Position numbers and translations under genes: made by a program
Notes under the pieces: model-generated
Told to the model about the DNA's origin: nothing
Seen by the model: only the letters and a program-made list of their open reading frames with translations
Databases searched by the model: none
Source of the DNA: Candidatus Woesebacteria bacterium GW2011_GWF1_31_35
Lineage (GTDB): Bacteria; Patescibacteriota; Microgenomatia; UBA8517
Assembly (NCBI GenBank): GCA_001029755.1
Contig: CP011214.1
Location: forward strand, 557,767 to 621,766
Direction of reading: 5' to 3'
Length of the DNA stretch: 64,000 nucleotides
Shown here: positions 12,810 through 22,727 of the stretch, piece by piece
How positions within the stretch are numbered: position 1 is the first letter of the stretch
Layout of the letters: every line of letters begins with the position of its first letter

Positions 12810-14546
12810 ATGCCCACAACTGCCAAGGTAGGTCCGACCAGTCTAACACCAACAGGAAATAATCTTTCGGATATTTTAGTTTCCATGGGTGTTTTAAAGC
12901 AAGATAGAGCAGCCCAGGTTAAAATGGCTGAAGTGCAATATGGAACACCTCAAGAAGAAATATTAAAAGAGCAAAATATAGTATCAAATGAAAATTTAGT
13001 TAAAGCAAAAGCTATTCTTTACAATATTCCTTATTTAGATCTTAACTCAGCTCCATCGTCTCCTGAGGCCATGGCTGTTTTACCGCAGGAAGTATCAAGT
13101 AAATTTAATGTTTTTCCAATTTCAGTTGATAAGATAAATAAAACACTTACTCTTGCCATGGCTGACCCGCTTGATTTAACAGCAATTGAATTTGTTGAAA
13201 GAAAAACAAATTTAAGGGTTAAACCTGTGGCTGTAGAAGGCGATAAATTATCTGAAGTAATAATGACCCGTTATTCTTCATCTCTTTCTCAAGAAGTGAC
13301 ACAGGCCATGAAGGATGTAGCTCCAGATAAAAAATCTACTCCTGATGAAAATTTTAAGATAGGATTTATTAGGGAAGAAAAAATATCAGAAATTGTGTCT
13401 CATATTTTGGAATTTGCTGTAAAATCACGATCTTCTGATATTCATATTGAACCACAAGAAAAATCAACTAGAGTTCGCTATAGAATTGATGGAATTTTAC
13501 AAGAAAAATTAACTATTCCTAAAGAGCTTCACGATTCATTGATATCAAGAATAAAAATCCTTTCTGGGATGAAAATTGATGAAAAAAGAATTCCTCAAGA
13601 TGGAAGGTTTAATTTCAAAGCTAACGATGAAGATACAGACCTTCGTGTATCTTCTCTTCCTACATCATGGGGAGAAAAAATTGTCATGAGGTTACTTAAA
13701 AAAACTGGTGGGGTTCCAGATTTACCAGAACTTGGTTTAAGAGGAAAAGCTTTGAAAAATTTACTGGATTCAATTTTGAGACCACATGGAATAATTATAA
13801 TTTGCGGTCCAACGGGATCAGGTAAAACTACTACCCTTTATGCAATCATTGCAAAAGTTAATACACCAAAAGTAAATATCGTGACTTTGGAAGATCCTAT
13901 TGAATATAAAATGCTGGGAGTAAACCAAGTACAGATTAATCCTGCAGTTGGACTTACATTTGCATCCGGTCTTAAATCATTTTTAAGACAAGACCCTAAT
14001 ATTATTCTTGTTGGAGAAATTAGGGATCAGGAAACTGCAGACCTTGCAATTCAGGCTTCGTTAACTGGACATTTGGTTTTTAGCACACTTCATACCAATG
14101 ATGCAGCCGGAGCTCTTCCAAGACTTCTTGATATGGGGGCAGAACCTTATCTTTTGGCTTCTTCAATGACAGCAATTGTCGCCCAAAGGGTTGGAAGAAA
14201 AATTCATGATGCATGTAAGGAAACCTATACACCTGACCCTAAAATTATTGAAGATATTAAAAAAGTATTAGGTCCTTTATTTCCTTTAAATAAAGAGGTC
14301 AAACTATATAGAGGTAAAGGTTGTCAGGAATGTGGTAATACAGGCTATTATGGGAGAATAGGTATTTTTGAAGTTATTCCAGTTAGTGATTCGATAAGTA
14401 AATTGATTTTGGAAAGATCTCCTGCATCAACAATTGAAAAAAAAGCTAAAGAGGAAGGTATGATAACATTAAAACAGGACGGATATTTGAAAGTTTTAGA
14501 AGGAATAACTTCTATAGAAGAAGTTCTAAGAGTTGCTCAGGAATAA
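12810..14546 (+). CDS. pilB: Type IV pilus assembly ATPase PilB (GspE family)
   Basis: N-terminal GSPII_E_N-like domain. Walker A is GPTGSGKTTT; Asp/His boxes (LVGEIRD, HLVFSTLHTND); tetracysteine CQECGNTGY. Start placed at ATG 12810 (MPTTAKV...) because the tracker start at 12597 overlaps holB on the opposite strand. Confidence 0.85.
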   Translation: MPTTAKVGPTSLTPTGNNLSDILVSMGVLKQDRAAQVKMAEVQYGTPQEEILKEQNIVSNENLVKAKAILYNIPYLDLNSAPSSPEAMAVLPQEVSSKFNVFPISVDKINKTLTLAMADPLDLTAIEFVERKTNLRVKPVAVEGDKLSEVIMTRYSSSLSQEVTQAMKDVAPDKKSTPDENFKIGFIREEKISEIVSHILEFAVKSRSSDIHIEPQEKSTRVRYRIDGILQEKLTIPKELHDSLISRIKILSGMKIDEKRIPQDGRFNFKANDEDTDLRVSSLPTSWGEKIVMRLLKKTGGVPDLPELGLRGKALKNLLDSILRPHGIIIICGPTGSGKTTTLYAIIAKVNTPKVNIVTLEDPIEYKMLGVNQVQINPAVGLTFASGLKSFLRQDPNIILVGEIRDQETADLAIQASLTGHLVFSTLHTNDAAGALPRLLDMGAEPYLLASSMTAIVAQRVGRKIHDACKETYTPDPKIIEDIKKVLGPLFPLNKEVKLYRGKGCQECGNTGYYGRIGIFEVIPVSDSISKLILERSPASTIEKKAKEEGMITLKQDGYLKVLEGITSIEEVLRVAQE

Positions 14547-14627
14547 TAAAACTTTTACTTATTTATTTATTTTTACTATTATTAATTAAGTATTAATTTA
14601 AGATACAAAAAATATTAAAAAAAATTT

Positions 14628-15695
14628 ATGGCAATTGATATAAATAACTTATTACAACAGACAGTAGACCTTAAAGCATCCGATTTGCATTTAGTGGCAG
14701 GAGTTCCTCCAACTTTAAGAATCGACGGAGAACTTAAATCTGTCCCCTCTTCTGGCATTTTAACTCCTCAAATAATTTCTGATGGTTTAAAAATAATATT
14801 AACAAGTGAACAATTTGAAAGACTTTCAGTTAATAAAGAAATTGACTTTTCACTAACCTTTTCAGATAAAGCTCGTTTTAGAGTTAATACTTATACTCAA
14901 AAAGGATCATTTGCTGCTGCATTTAGAAGAATTCCACTAGAAATTCCTGATATTGATAGTCTGGGTCTACCTAAAATAGTTCATAGTTTTACTAATCTAA
15001 GGCAAGGATTAATTTTGGTAACTGGACCTACTGGACATGGAAAGTCAACAACTTTAGCAGCAACAATTAATGAAATAAATAAAAATAGATCTTGTCATAT
15101 TGTGACTATTGAAGATCCTGTTGAGTTTGTTTTTCCACCGATTAAATCAATAATTTCTCAAAGAGAAATGAGATCAGATACTCATTCATGGCAAGTTGCT
15201 TTAAGAAGTGTTTTAAGAGAAGACCCTGATGTTGTTCTAATAGGAGAAATGAGAGATTTTGAAACAATTTCTTCAGCTATGACAATTGCTGAAACAGGAC
15301 ATCTTGTTTTTGCAACACTTCACACAAATTCTGCAGCTCAAACAGTTGATAGAATTGTAGATGTCTTTCCAGAGGATCAACAGAATCAAATTAGGCTTCA
15401 ACTATCTTCAATTCTAGAAGCAGTTTTTTCTCAAAGATTAATTTCAGGACTGGCAGGAGGACGAGTAGTTGCCCATGAAATAATGCTTGGAACAACTGCA
15501 ATAAAAACAGCAATAAGAGAGGGTAAAACTCATCAAATTGACTCAATTATTCAAACATCTCAAGAAGTTGGAATGGCAACTTTAGAACATTCACTAGCTT
15601 CCTTAGTAAAAACTGGAAAAATTTCCATAGAAACTGCAGAGATGTGGTCAGTCAGGCCTGAAGAATTAAATAGACTTGTTAAGGGTTCTATATGA
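14628..15695 (+). CDS. pilT: Twitching motility / pilus retraction ATPase PilT
   Basis: GLILVTGPTGHGKSTTLAA, HIVTIEDPVEF, LIGEMRD, AHEIMLGTTAI - the PilT signature. Confidence 0.9.
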   Translation: MAIDINNLLQQTVDLKASDLHLVAGVPPTLRIDGELKSVPSSGILTPQIISDGLKIILTSEQFERLSVNKEIDFSLTFSDKARFRVNTYTQKGSFAAAFRRIPLEIPDIDSLGLPKIVHSFTNLRQGLILVTGPTGHGKSTTLAATINEINKNRSCHIVTIEDPVEFVFPPIKSIISQREMRSDTHSWQVALRSVLREDPDVVLIGEMRDFETISSAMTIAETGHLVFATLHTNSAAQTVDRIVDVFPEDQQNQIRLQLSSILEAVFSQRLISGLAGGRVVAHEIMLGTTAIKTAIREGKTHQIDSIIQTSQEVGMATLEHSLASLVKTGKISIETAEMWSVRPEELNRLVKGSI

Positions 15696-16897
15696 AAAGA
15701 TTTACATTCAAAGCTAAGGATAAAAACGGAAGACTTGTAATTGGTGAAGTTGAGGCAACAAGTGAAAGCCATGCAGCCAAACTTGTAAGAAGTAAAGGAC
15801 TTTTGGTTCTTTCGATAAAACAATCTTTTGAAAGTCCATTTGCATTTATTAGAAAATTTAAAGATAGGATAACTTCATCCGATGTTGCAACATTTACAAG
15901 ACAGTTTGCAACAATGGTTGCAGCAGGTCTTCCTATTACGGAATCATTACTTATATTAAAATCCCAATCTAAAGGATCAATGGGAAAGGTAGTTTCTCAA
16001 ATTTTAGCTGATGTAGAAGGTGGAGAATCAATGTCCAAAGCCTTTATGAAGCATCCTACCGTCTTTAGTCCTACTTATATTGCACTTGTTAAATCTGGAG
16101 AAATTGGAGGAGTTTTGGATACTGTCTTAGTTAGACTTGCAGACGATTTGGAAAAACAACAAGAATTTAAAGGAAAAGTTAAAGGAGCACTTATCTATCC
16201 TGAAATTATTGTTACAGGAATGGTTATTGTTGCTGTTATTATGATGATTTTTGTCGTTCCAAAATTAACCTCACTTTATTCTGAATTTAATGCAGATCTT
16301 CCAATGCCCACAAGGATTTTAATGGGTATTTCTGATGCTGTTATTAAGTTTTGGCCAATAACATTAGGATCATTAATTTTTGGGGTATATGCTTTTAAAG
16401 CATATGGCAAAACCATTGAAGGTAGAAGAAAATTAGATAGTTTAATTTTCAAAATCCCTATTGTTGGAGAATTACAGAAGCAAGTTCTTCTTGCTGAGTT
16501 AACTAGAACGTTATCTCTAATGGTAGGCTCTGGTGTGTCAATTTTAGAAGGGTTAAATATCACATCTGGAGTTCTAGGTAATAGTATTATGGCAGATGCT
16601 TTAAAAGATACTTCAAAGCAAGTTGAAAAAGGATTCCCTATCTCCTACTCCTTTGCAAAACATCCTGATGTTTTTCCTTTTATTCTTTCACAAATGATTG
16701 CAGTTGGAGAAGAAACAGGAAAAATGGAGGAAGTATTATCTAAAGTGAGTCGTGTATTTGAGGTTGAATCAGACCAAAAAGTTAAGGCATTAACAGCAGC
16801 AGTTGAACCTATAATTATGGTTATACTAGGTTTGGGGGTTGGGTTTCTAGTTATCGCAATAATATTACCAATCTATAACTTGACAAGTCAGTTCTAA
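15692..16897 (+). CDS. pilC: Type IV pilus inner-membrane platform protein PilC (GspF family)
   Basis: Two GspF repeats (FTRQFATMVAAGLPITESL ... LTRTLSLMVGSGVSILEGL) and 3 TM segments. Translationally coupled to pilT. Confidence 0.85.
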   Translation: MKRFTFKAKDKNGRLVIGEVEATSESHAAKLVRSKGLLVLSIKQSFESPFAFIRKFKDRITSSDVATFTRQFATMVAAGLPITESLLILKSQSKGSMGKVVSQILADVEGGESMSKAFMKHPTVFSPTYIALVKSGEIGGVLDTVLVRLADDLEKQQEFKGKVKGALIYPEIIVTGMVIVAVIMMIFVVPKLTSLYSEFNADLPMPTRILMGISDAVIKFWPITLGSLIFGVYAFKAYGKTIEGRRKLDSLIFKIPIVGELQKQVLLAELTRTLSLMVGSGVSILEGLNITSGVLGNSIMADALKDTSKQVEKGFPISYSFAKHPDVFPFILSQMIAVGEETGKMEEVLSKVSRVFEVESDQKVKALTAAVEPIIMVILGLGVGFLVIAIILPIYNLTSQF

Positions 16898-16942
16898 AAA
16901 GATGATACTTAAATTAGATAAAGATAAGGGGGTGATTATAAT

Positions 16943-17533
16943 ATGAAAAAAGGTTTTACATTAGTTGAGCTCTTGATTGTTATTGGACTTCTTGGAGCAA
17001 TTGCCTTAATTGTTATTTCTGCAATTAACCCTATTGAACAAGCCAATCGTGCAAGAGATACTAGATTTAAAGCTGATGGTGGACAACTTATTTCAGCAAT
17101 AGATAGATACTTTGTTGGAGCAAGTGCATTTCCTTGGATGACGGTAGATCCTGCAATTGAAACAGATGACGCATATCCTTTCATTACTGCCAGTACTCAA
17201 GGAGTTGGACTTTGTGGCGCAACTTGTGCCGCTGATGGTCTGCTTATAACTACTAATGAGTTAAAGACTGAATTTAGAAATAGAGACTTTCTTGATACTG
17301 GTACAACAGTGTCAGAACAAATTATGGTAGGAAAAGCTCTTGGTTCGTCAACATCTGTTTATGCATGTTTTGTTCCTTTATCAAAGTCAGTTAGAGAAAA
17401 GGCTTGTGCTGATGGAAAAGTATATACATTAGCTACAAGTGTAAGAACAGCAATAGCAGCAAATGATGCTAGTTGTGCTGCTGATAGTGCGACCTGGATT
17501 TCTGGGCCACAATACGTTTGTATGCCTGAATAA
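16943..17533 (+). CDS. Type IV pilin (candidate major pilin)
   Basis: Class III signal MKKGF|TLVELLIVIG (G-1, E+5). Cys-rich C-terminal domain. Sits between pilC and pilD; strong RBS GGGGGTGA. Confidence 0.8.
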   Translation: MKKGFTLVELLIVIGLLGAIALIVISAINPIEQANRARDTRFKADGGQLISAIDRYFVGASAFPWMTVDPAIETDDAYPFITASTQGVGLCGATCAADGLLITTNELKTEFRNRDFLDTGTTVSEQIMVGKALGSSTSVYACFVPLSKSVREKACADGKVYTLATSVRTAIAANDASCAADSATWISGPQYVCMPE

Positions 17534-17544
17534 ATTGTAAGATT

Positions 17545-18231
17545 ATGTGGATTTTAATCCCGCTTGCATTGTTTGGGTTATTAATAGGATCTTTTATAGG
17601 AGCAGTCAGTTATAGATTGCCTAAGAATTTGAGATTTATAAAAGGCAGGTCTTTTTGTGATACTTGCAAGAAGGACTTGCGGTGGTTCGACAACATACCT
17701 GCCTTTTCCTATTTAGTTTTGGGTGGAAAATCATCTTGTTGTGGAAAGAAGATTTCAATTCGTTACCCATTAATAGAGATTGCTTCTGGAATAGGAACTG
17801 TTCTAATATTTTTTTGGTCTCAAAACCTTATATTTTGTTTACTATTTTTCATTTTACTTACAATTTTTGTGATTGACTTGGAAAATCAAATAATTCCTGA
17901 TGAATTAAGTTTTTTAGTTTTATTAAGTGGTATTCTCTACTCTTTTTCATTTGAAAAAATATTTGTAGGTTTTTTCCTTTCTTTTTTGATACTTTTACTT
18001 TATTTATTAACTAAAGGCAAAGGTATGGGTTTAGGAGATGTTAAGTTAACAATTGGTTTGGGAGTCTGGTTAAATTTTTCTAAAGGATTTACATTTTTAT
18101 TATTATCTTTCTTGACAGGAGGTGTAATTGCTTTCATACTTTTACTTATAGGTAAAGCTAAGTTAAAAACAAAACTTGCCTTTGGTCCGTTTTTGATAAT
18201 TGGTTTTTTAATAACCCTATTGTTTTTGTAA
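17545..18231 (+). CDS. pilD: Prepilin peptidase (A24 family) PilD
   Basis: N-terminal CDTC...CCGKKISIRYPLIEI zinc-binding tetracysteine. Polytopic membrane protein with the GLGDVKL aspartyl-protease motif. Confidence 0.85.
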   Translation: MWILIPLALFGLLIGSFIGAVSYRLPKNLRFIKGRSFCDTCKKDLRWFDNIPAFSYLVLGGKSSCCGKKISIRYPLIEIASGIGTVLIFFWSQNLIFCLLFFILLTIFVIDLENQIIPDELSFLVLLSGILYSFSFEKIFVGFFLSFLILLLYLLTKGKGMGLGDVKLTIGLGVWLNFSKGFTFLLLSFLTGGVIAFILLLIGKAKLKTKLAFGPFLIIGFLITLLFL

Positions 18232-18245
18232 CAAAGTTTATATAA

Positions 18246-18860
18246 ATGAAAGACAAAAGTTTTGAAAAGATTTTAAAAAGTAAATCTTCTCAGGGTATGA
18301 CCCTGATTGAACTTCTAGTTGTTGTTTCAATTATTTCTATCTTAGTTTTTGTAATTACTGTTTTTCTTCGACCACAAATTTTTAAGGCGAATGATGCAAG
18401 ACGCAAGGCTGAACTTAAAAGAATTGGTGTTGCAGCTGAAGAATATGAAAAGGATAATAATTGTTACCCCCCAACCAGTTTGGTAACTTGTGTCAATGGT
18501 GGTATAGGACTGCGCCCTTATATTGATGTTATCCCCTGTGATCCTGTAACCAAAAATTCTTATTTTTATGAACCTGATCCTAATAATGTTGCCTGTCCAA
18601 AATGGTATCGAATTTATGCCAGTCTACAAAATCAAACTGATGTTGATTATATCCCAAACATTGGACCAAGCTCTGCATATAGCTTTATCTATACTAGTCC
18701 TAATGCTCCTGCATTACCTACATCAATTCCCAATGTGAATATATATTATGGCTGCATTAATGGATCTTGTAGACAACTTATCGAGGGTGAAGAATGTACC
18801 CCTAACTGGGATTCAATGGATAATTGCAACTCACGTTGCCCTGAAAATCCATGCATATAA
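18246..18860 (+). CDS. Type IV pilin-like protein
   Basis: SSQG|MTLIELLVVVSIISIL prepilin motif, then ANDARRKAELKRI; Cys-rich C-terminus. Confidence 0.7.
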   Translation: MKDKSFEKILKSKSSQGMTLIELLVVVSIISILVFVITVFLRPQIFKANDARRKAELKRIGVAAEEYEKDNNCYPPTSLVTCVNGGIGLRPYIDVIPCDPVTKNSYFYEPDPNNVACPKWYRIYASLQNQTDVDYIPNIGPSSAYSFIYTSPNAPALPTSIPNVNIYYGCINGSCRQLIEGEECTPNWDSMDNCNSRCPENPCI

Positions 18861-19345
18861 TGAAATTTTTTACTAAAAAGGAAAAAAAAATAATTTTATT
18901 AATTTTAGTTTGTCTATTTACAATTGTTGGTATAAATATGAAGGTCTCTTTAAGAAGAGGTAGGGATAATACTAGAAAAAATGATTTATCCGTATTACAA
19001 AAAGCTCTTGATATATTCATAAGTAAATATCAAATGTTTCCTCCATCAGTTGATGGAAAAATCGAAGGTTGTTTTGGGCCAGATACTAAAGTAGATCCAA
19101 AAACAGGAAAATTAATTAATTTACATGTTTGTGAATGGGGAAAAGACGTTTTTGAAAATATTCAAACACTTCCAAAAGATCCAAATTATAAAAAAGGAGC
19201 AAGTTATCTTTATTTATCAGATACTAAAAAGTATCAAATTTATATTTCTTTAGAAGGTAAGGATGAGGCAGAATATACACCAGCGATAATTAATAAAAAT
19301 TTGCAATGTGGCACTAAAATATGTAATTATGGAAGGGAGTACTAA
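18851..19345 (+). CDS. Pilin-domain-like membrane protein lacking a canonical prepilin cleavage motif
   Basis: N-terminal TM helix (IILLILVCLFTIVGINM) without G-1/E+5. Downstream RGRDNTRKNDLSVLQKALDIF..YQMFP resembles the pilin alphaN region RGRDAQRKSDL...YGKYP of the neighbouring pilin. Confidence 0.45.
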   Translation: MHIMKFFTKKEKKIILLILVCLFTIVGINMKVSLRRGRDNTRKNDLSVLQKALDIFISKYQMFPPSVDGKIEGCFGPDTKVDPKTGKLINLHVCEWGKDVFENIQTLPKDPNYKKGASYLYLSDTKKYQIYISLEGKDEAEYTPAIINKNLQCGTKICNYGREY

Positions 19346-19346
19346 T

Positions 19347-19847
19347 ATGAAGAAAGCTTTTACACTTGTTGAACTTTTAGTAGTTATGGCCATAATCGGA
19401 GTACTTGCAGCCTTAGCCGTGGGAAGTTTTAGAACTGCACAAATGAGAGGAAGAGATGCTCAAAGAAAATCAGATTTAAAACAAATTTCCAATTCTTTAG
19501 AACTTTTCTATGCTGATTATGGAAAATATCCTAGTGATGTAACTGGGAGAATTGCAGGTTGTCCATATAATCCAGCTCTTTCAACAGGCACTTCGTGTAC
19601 TTGGGGAATTAGTGAATTTTCAGACAGTAAAACAGTTTATTTTAAAATTCTTCCAATTGATCCAACATCCCCCACGACAGAATATATATATGGATTAGTT
19701 AATAGTTCAAATCAAAAATATAGATTATTTGCAAGACTTGAAAATCCTAAAGATCAAAATATTGATTCTTCAATAACTGTTATTTGTGGTTCAGGGAAAT
19801 TGTGTAATTTTGCTGTAACTAGTGCAAATACTAGTGTGAGCGAGTAG
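19347..19847 (+). CDS. Type IV pilin
   Basis: MKKAF|TLVELLVVMAIIGVLA...RGRDAQRKSDL. ATG at 19347 is preceded by GGAAGGGAG; the tracker's upstream start at 19308 is less likely. Confidence 0.75.
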   Translation: MKKAFTLVELLVVMAIIGVLAALAVGSFRTAQMRGRDAQRKSDLKQISNSLELFYADYGKYPSDVTGRIAGCPYNPALSTGTSCTWGISEFSDSKTVYFKILPIDPTSPTTEYIYGLVNSSNQKYRLFARLENPKDQNIDSSITVICGSGKLCNFAVTSANTSVSE

Positions 19848-19875
19848 TTAAAATTTAGTATATAGTATATATGGT

Positions 19876-20337
19876 ATGAAAAAGTTAAAAGGTTTTACTT
19901 TAGTTGAACTTTTGGTAGTAATTTCCCTAATAGGAGTTTTAGCTACATTAATTTTTGCAAATCTAAATGCAGCCAGAGAAAGAGCAAGAGATGCAGTGAG
20001 AAAATCAGATTTAAGAAACATCCAAACTGCCTTGCGTCTTTACTATAATGATAATGCTGGATATCCTAGTAATAGTGGTTATAACATTGTTGGTTGTGGA
20101 AGTGGTGCCAGCCCTATAAGTTGTGTATATGGTGAAGCTTGGACAAGGGATGTTACTTATATGAATATTCTTCCTGATGATCCATTATCTTCTCAAGGAT
20201 ACTCATATCTTGGAGTTGCTGGAAATGAAAGTTATACTTTAAGTGCTTGCCTTGAAAATAAAAGTGATGAGAAAGGAGAATCAACAACTAATCTTACTTG
20301 GTGTCCAAGTGGTTGGAAGTATGTAGTTAAGCCATGA
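19876..20337 (+). CDS. Type IV pilin
   Basis: MKKLKGF|TLVELLVVISLIGVLA...ARERARDAVRKSDL. Confidence 0.75.
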   Translation: MKKLKGFTLVELLVVISLIGVLATLIFANLNAARERARDAVRKSDLRNIQTALRLYYNDNAGYPSNSGYNIVGCGSGASPISCVYGEAWTRDVTYMNILPDDPLSSQGYSYLGVAGNESYTLSACLENKSDEKGESTTNLTWCPSGWKYVVKP

Positions 20338-20831
20338 TGAAATTAAATTTAAAGGTTATTAAAAAAGGATTCACATTAATTGAAATGCTTGTTGTTATTT
20401 CTCTTATTGGAATTCTTGCAGCTTTATCTTTAGTTTCTTTTACTTCTGTACAAAAACAAGCAAGAGATACTGTTAGAAAATCAGATCTAAAACAATATCA
20501 AAATGCTCTAGAAGCTTATGCTAATTTAGTGTCTGGTCTATTTCCCTCTCGAACAGCAGTTTCTTCTGCTTATTCTACACTCTGTGGTGATTTAAATCTA
20601 AAATTAGAACCAGATATATCCTGTTCCCAAGATCCAAAAACAATAAACGATGCTACTTATTATGATTATAAATATATTTCAAATGGAACGAATGGAACAG
20701 CTACTGCAACAAAATATGTTTTGTGGGGGAAGATTGAAAATTCATCTACTACTAAATATATTATTTATTGTAGTGACGGTAAAATTGGAGAAAGTGCCAC
20801 CGCACCTAGTACATCAACTTGTCCAATATGA
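20334..20831 (+). CDS. Type IV pilin
   Basis: KKGF|TLIEMLVVISLIGILAA...KQARDTVRKSDL. Confidence 0.75.
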   Translation: MMKLNLKVIKKGFTLIEMLVVISLIGILAALSLVSFTSVQKQARDTVRKSDLKQYQNALEAYANLVSGLFPSRTAVSSAYSTLCGDLNLKLEPDISCSQDPKTINDATYYDYKYISNGTNGTATATKYVLWGKIENSSTTKYIIYCSDGKIGESATAPSTSTCPI

Positions 20832-21289
20832 TAATTAAAAATAATAAAAGAATAGTAAATGATGCATTTACTTTAATTGAGCTTTTGGTAGTTATATCTA
20901 TAATAGGAATTTTGGTAGCTGTTTCTGTCTTTGGTTTGGCTGGAGCAAGAGAGTCAAGTCGTGATGCAAGAAGAAAAGCGGATTTAGAGTTAATTAGATC
21001 AGGACTTGAACTTTATGAAGCAGATTGTAATGCTTATCCTGCAACAGCTAAGATTGTCTCAGGATCTGCACTTAAAGGTAGTCCTCCACCAACTATATGC
21101 TCAGCAAGTAATACTTATATCTCAGCTGTACCTGCTGATCCGATTACTGGTAGATCTTATCGATATGCAACTACGGCAAGCGGTTATGAAATATGTGCCT
21201 CGCTTGAACAAAGTGGTTTATCAGCGATTACTTGTGGAGGATCTTCTAATTGTGGAACATCATGCAATTACAAAGTTACAAATCCTTAA
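20819..21289 (+). CDS. Type IV pilin-like protein
   Basis: NDAF|TLIELLVVISIIGILVA...ARESSRDARRKADL (Ala at -1). Confidence 0.7.
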   Translation: MSNMIIKNNKRIVNDAFTLIELLVVISIIGILVAVSVFGLAGARESSRDARRKADLELIRSGLELYEADCNAYPATAKIVSGSALKGSPPPTICSASNTYISAVPADPITGRSYRYATTASGYEICASLEQSGLSAITCGGSSNCGTSCNYKVTNP

Positions 21290-21759
21290 AAGAAGGCTAC
21301 ACTTTAATTGAATTATTAGTAGGAATTACAATAATTTCAATTGTTTTTACTATTGGCTATGCTGGTTTTAGAGAGTTTTCTAGAAGACAAGCTTTAGGTG
21401 GAGTTACTAAGGCTATTAAAGCTGATTTAAGACTTACTCAACAACTTGCTTCAACTGGTCAAAAACCAACAACAGGAACATGCACACAATTAAGTAGTTA
21501 TAGATTTTATATTTATTCTGCAACATCAACATATAAAATTTATGCAAATTGTTCTAATCCAGCTTCCACTAATATACTTGTAAAAACGGTTTCTTTGGAC
21601 AGTGATATTTCTATTACTCTCCCCCCTACTCCAGTTTATATTTTGTTTAAAGTTTTGGGTCAAGGAACTAATCTAACAAGTGATTATGTTATTGAACTAG
21701 ATCATACATCAGGAGATTCTTCGACAGTAACTGTTGGAACAGGGGGAGAAATAAATTGA
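21250..21759 (+). CDS. Minor pilin-like protein (GspH/FimT-like)
   Basis: KEGY|TLIELLVGITIISIVF...IKADLRLTQQLA. Confidence 0.6.
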   Translation: MWNIMQLQSYKSLKEGYTLIELLVGITIISIVFTIGYAGFREFSRRQALGGVTKAIKADLRLTQQLASTGQKPTTGTCTQLSSYRFYIYSATSTYKIYANCSNPASTNILVKTVSLDSDISITLPPTPVYILFKVLGQGTNLTSDYVIELDHTSGDSSTVTVGTGGEIN

Positions 21760-22223
21760 AAAACAAAAAATATCTTTTAAAAGGACAATCAATGTTTGAA
21801 GTTGTTGTAGCTATTTTTATCATGGCTTTAATTATTGTTGGTGTAATAATTTTATCTACAAATTCAATTTCCAATTCCTCTTTTTCAAAAAATAAGACAC
21901 TAGCAGGAAGATATGCTCAAGAAGCTATTGAATGGTTAAGAAGTCAAAGAGATGCAGACATGACAATATTTACAGGAAGAGTATCAGCAGTTCCTTATTG
22001 TTTGACAGACATTTCTCTGGCTAATCCATGGTCTAATATTGGAACATGCACATCTACAGAAGTTATTCCTGAAACCAGTTTTAGAAGAGAAGCTAGTCTT
22101 AGTACTAGTCAGATTAGTTTGAAAAATGTTATAGAAGCTACTGTTGTAGTTTATTGGAGCGATTCAAAAGGATCTCACGAAGTAAGATCAGTTACAAATT
22201 TTACAGATATACGTGAGAAGTAA
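21756..22223 (+). CDS. Minor pilin-like protein (PilV-like)
   Basis: KGQS MFEVVVAIFIMALIIVGVIIL (E+5 relative to G). Small, no Cys pair. Confidence 0.5.
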   Translation: MKNKKYLLKGQSMFEVVVAIFIMALIIVGVIILSTNSISNSSFSKNKTLAGRYAQEAIEWLRSQRDADMTIFTGRVSAVPYCLTDISLANPWSNIGTCTSTEVIPETSFRREASLSTSQISLKNVIEATVVVYWSDSKGSHEVRSVTNFTDIREK

Positions 22224-22725
22224 AATTAATTTAATACAAATGAAAAAAAATAAAGGGTTTTCTCTCATTGAAATTTTAATTGTTATTTCAATTTTTTCAG
22301 TTGTTGGAATACTTTCAACAAGAGCAATTTTACTTACAATGAGGGGTGCTAAAAAAAGTGATTCACAAGTAAGAGTTAGGGAAAACGTAAATTATGCTCT
22401 CTCAGTAATTGAAAGACAAATTAGAAGTTCTGAAAGTGTGACTTGTACTGCAAGTACTACAATTTTAAATTATGTTTCTCTTGAGGGTACATCAGCTACT
22501 TTTTCGTGTGTTACGGCAGGGACTGATAAATACATTGCTTCAGGATCAGCACGACTTACATCAGGTGATATTGTAATTACATCTTGTTCATTTGATTGTA
22601 CACAGGTAGATCAAAATAAACCTCCAATTGTAAAAGTAAGTATAGTTGCTGAAGATGCAACAACAACTTCAATTGAGAAAGGATCAGTAACCGCAGAAAC
22701 TGAAATAGTTACAAGAAATTATTAA
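22213..22725 (+). CDS. Minor pilin-like protein (PilW-like)
   Basis: NKGF|SLIEILIVISIFSVVGIL, consistent with a class III signal. Confidence 0.6.
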   Translation: MRSKINLIQMKKNKGFSLIEILIVISIFSVVGILSTRAILLTMRGAKKSDSQVRVRENVNYALSVIERQIRSSESVTCTASTTILNYVSLEGTSATFSCVTAGTDKYIASGSARLTSGDIVITSCSFDCTQVDQNKPPIVKVSIVAEDATTTSIEKGSVTAETEIVTRNY

Positions 22726-22727
22726 AA

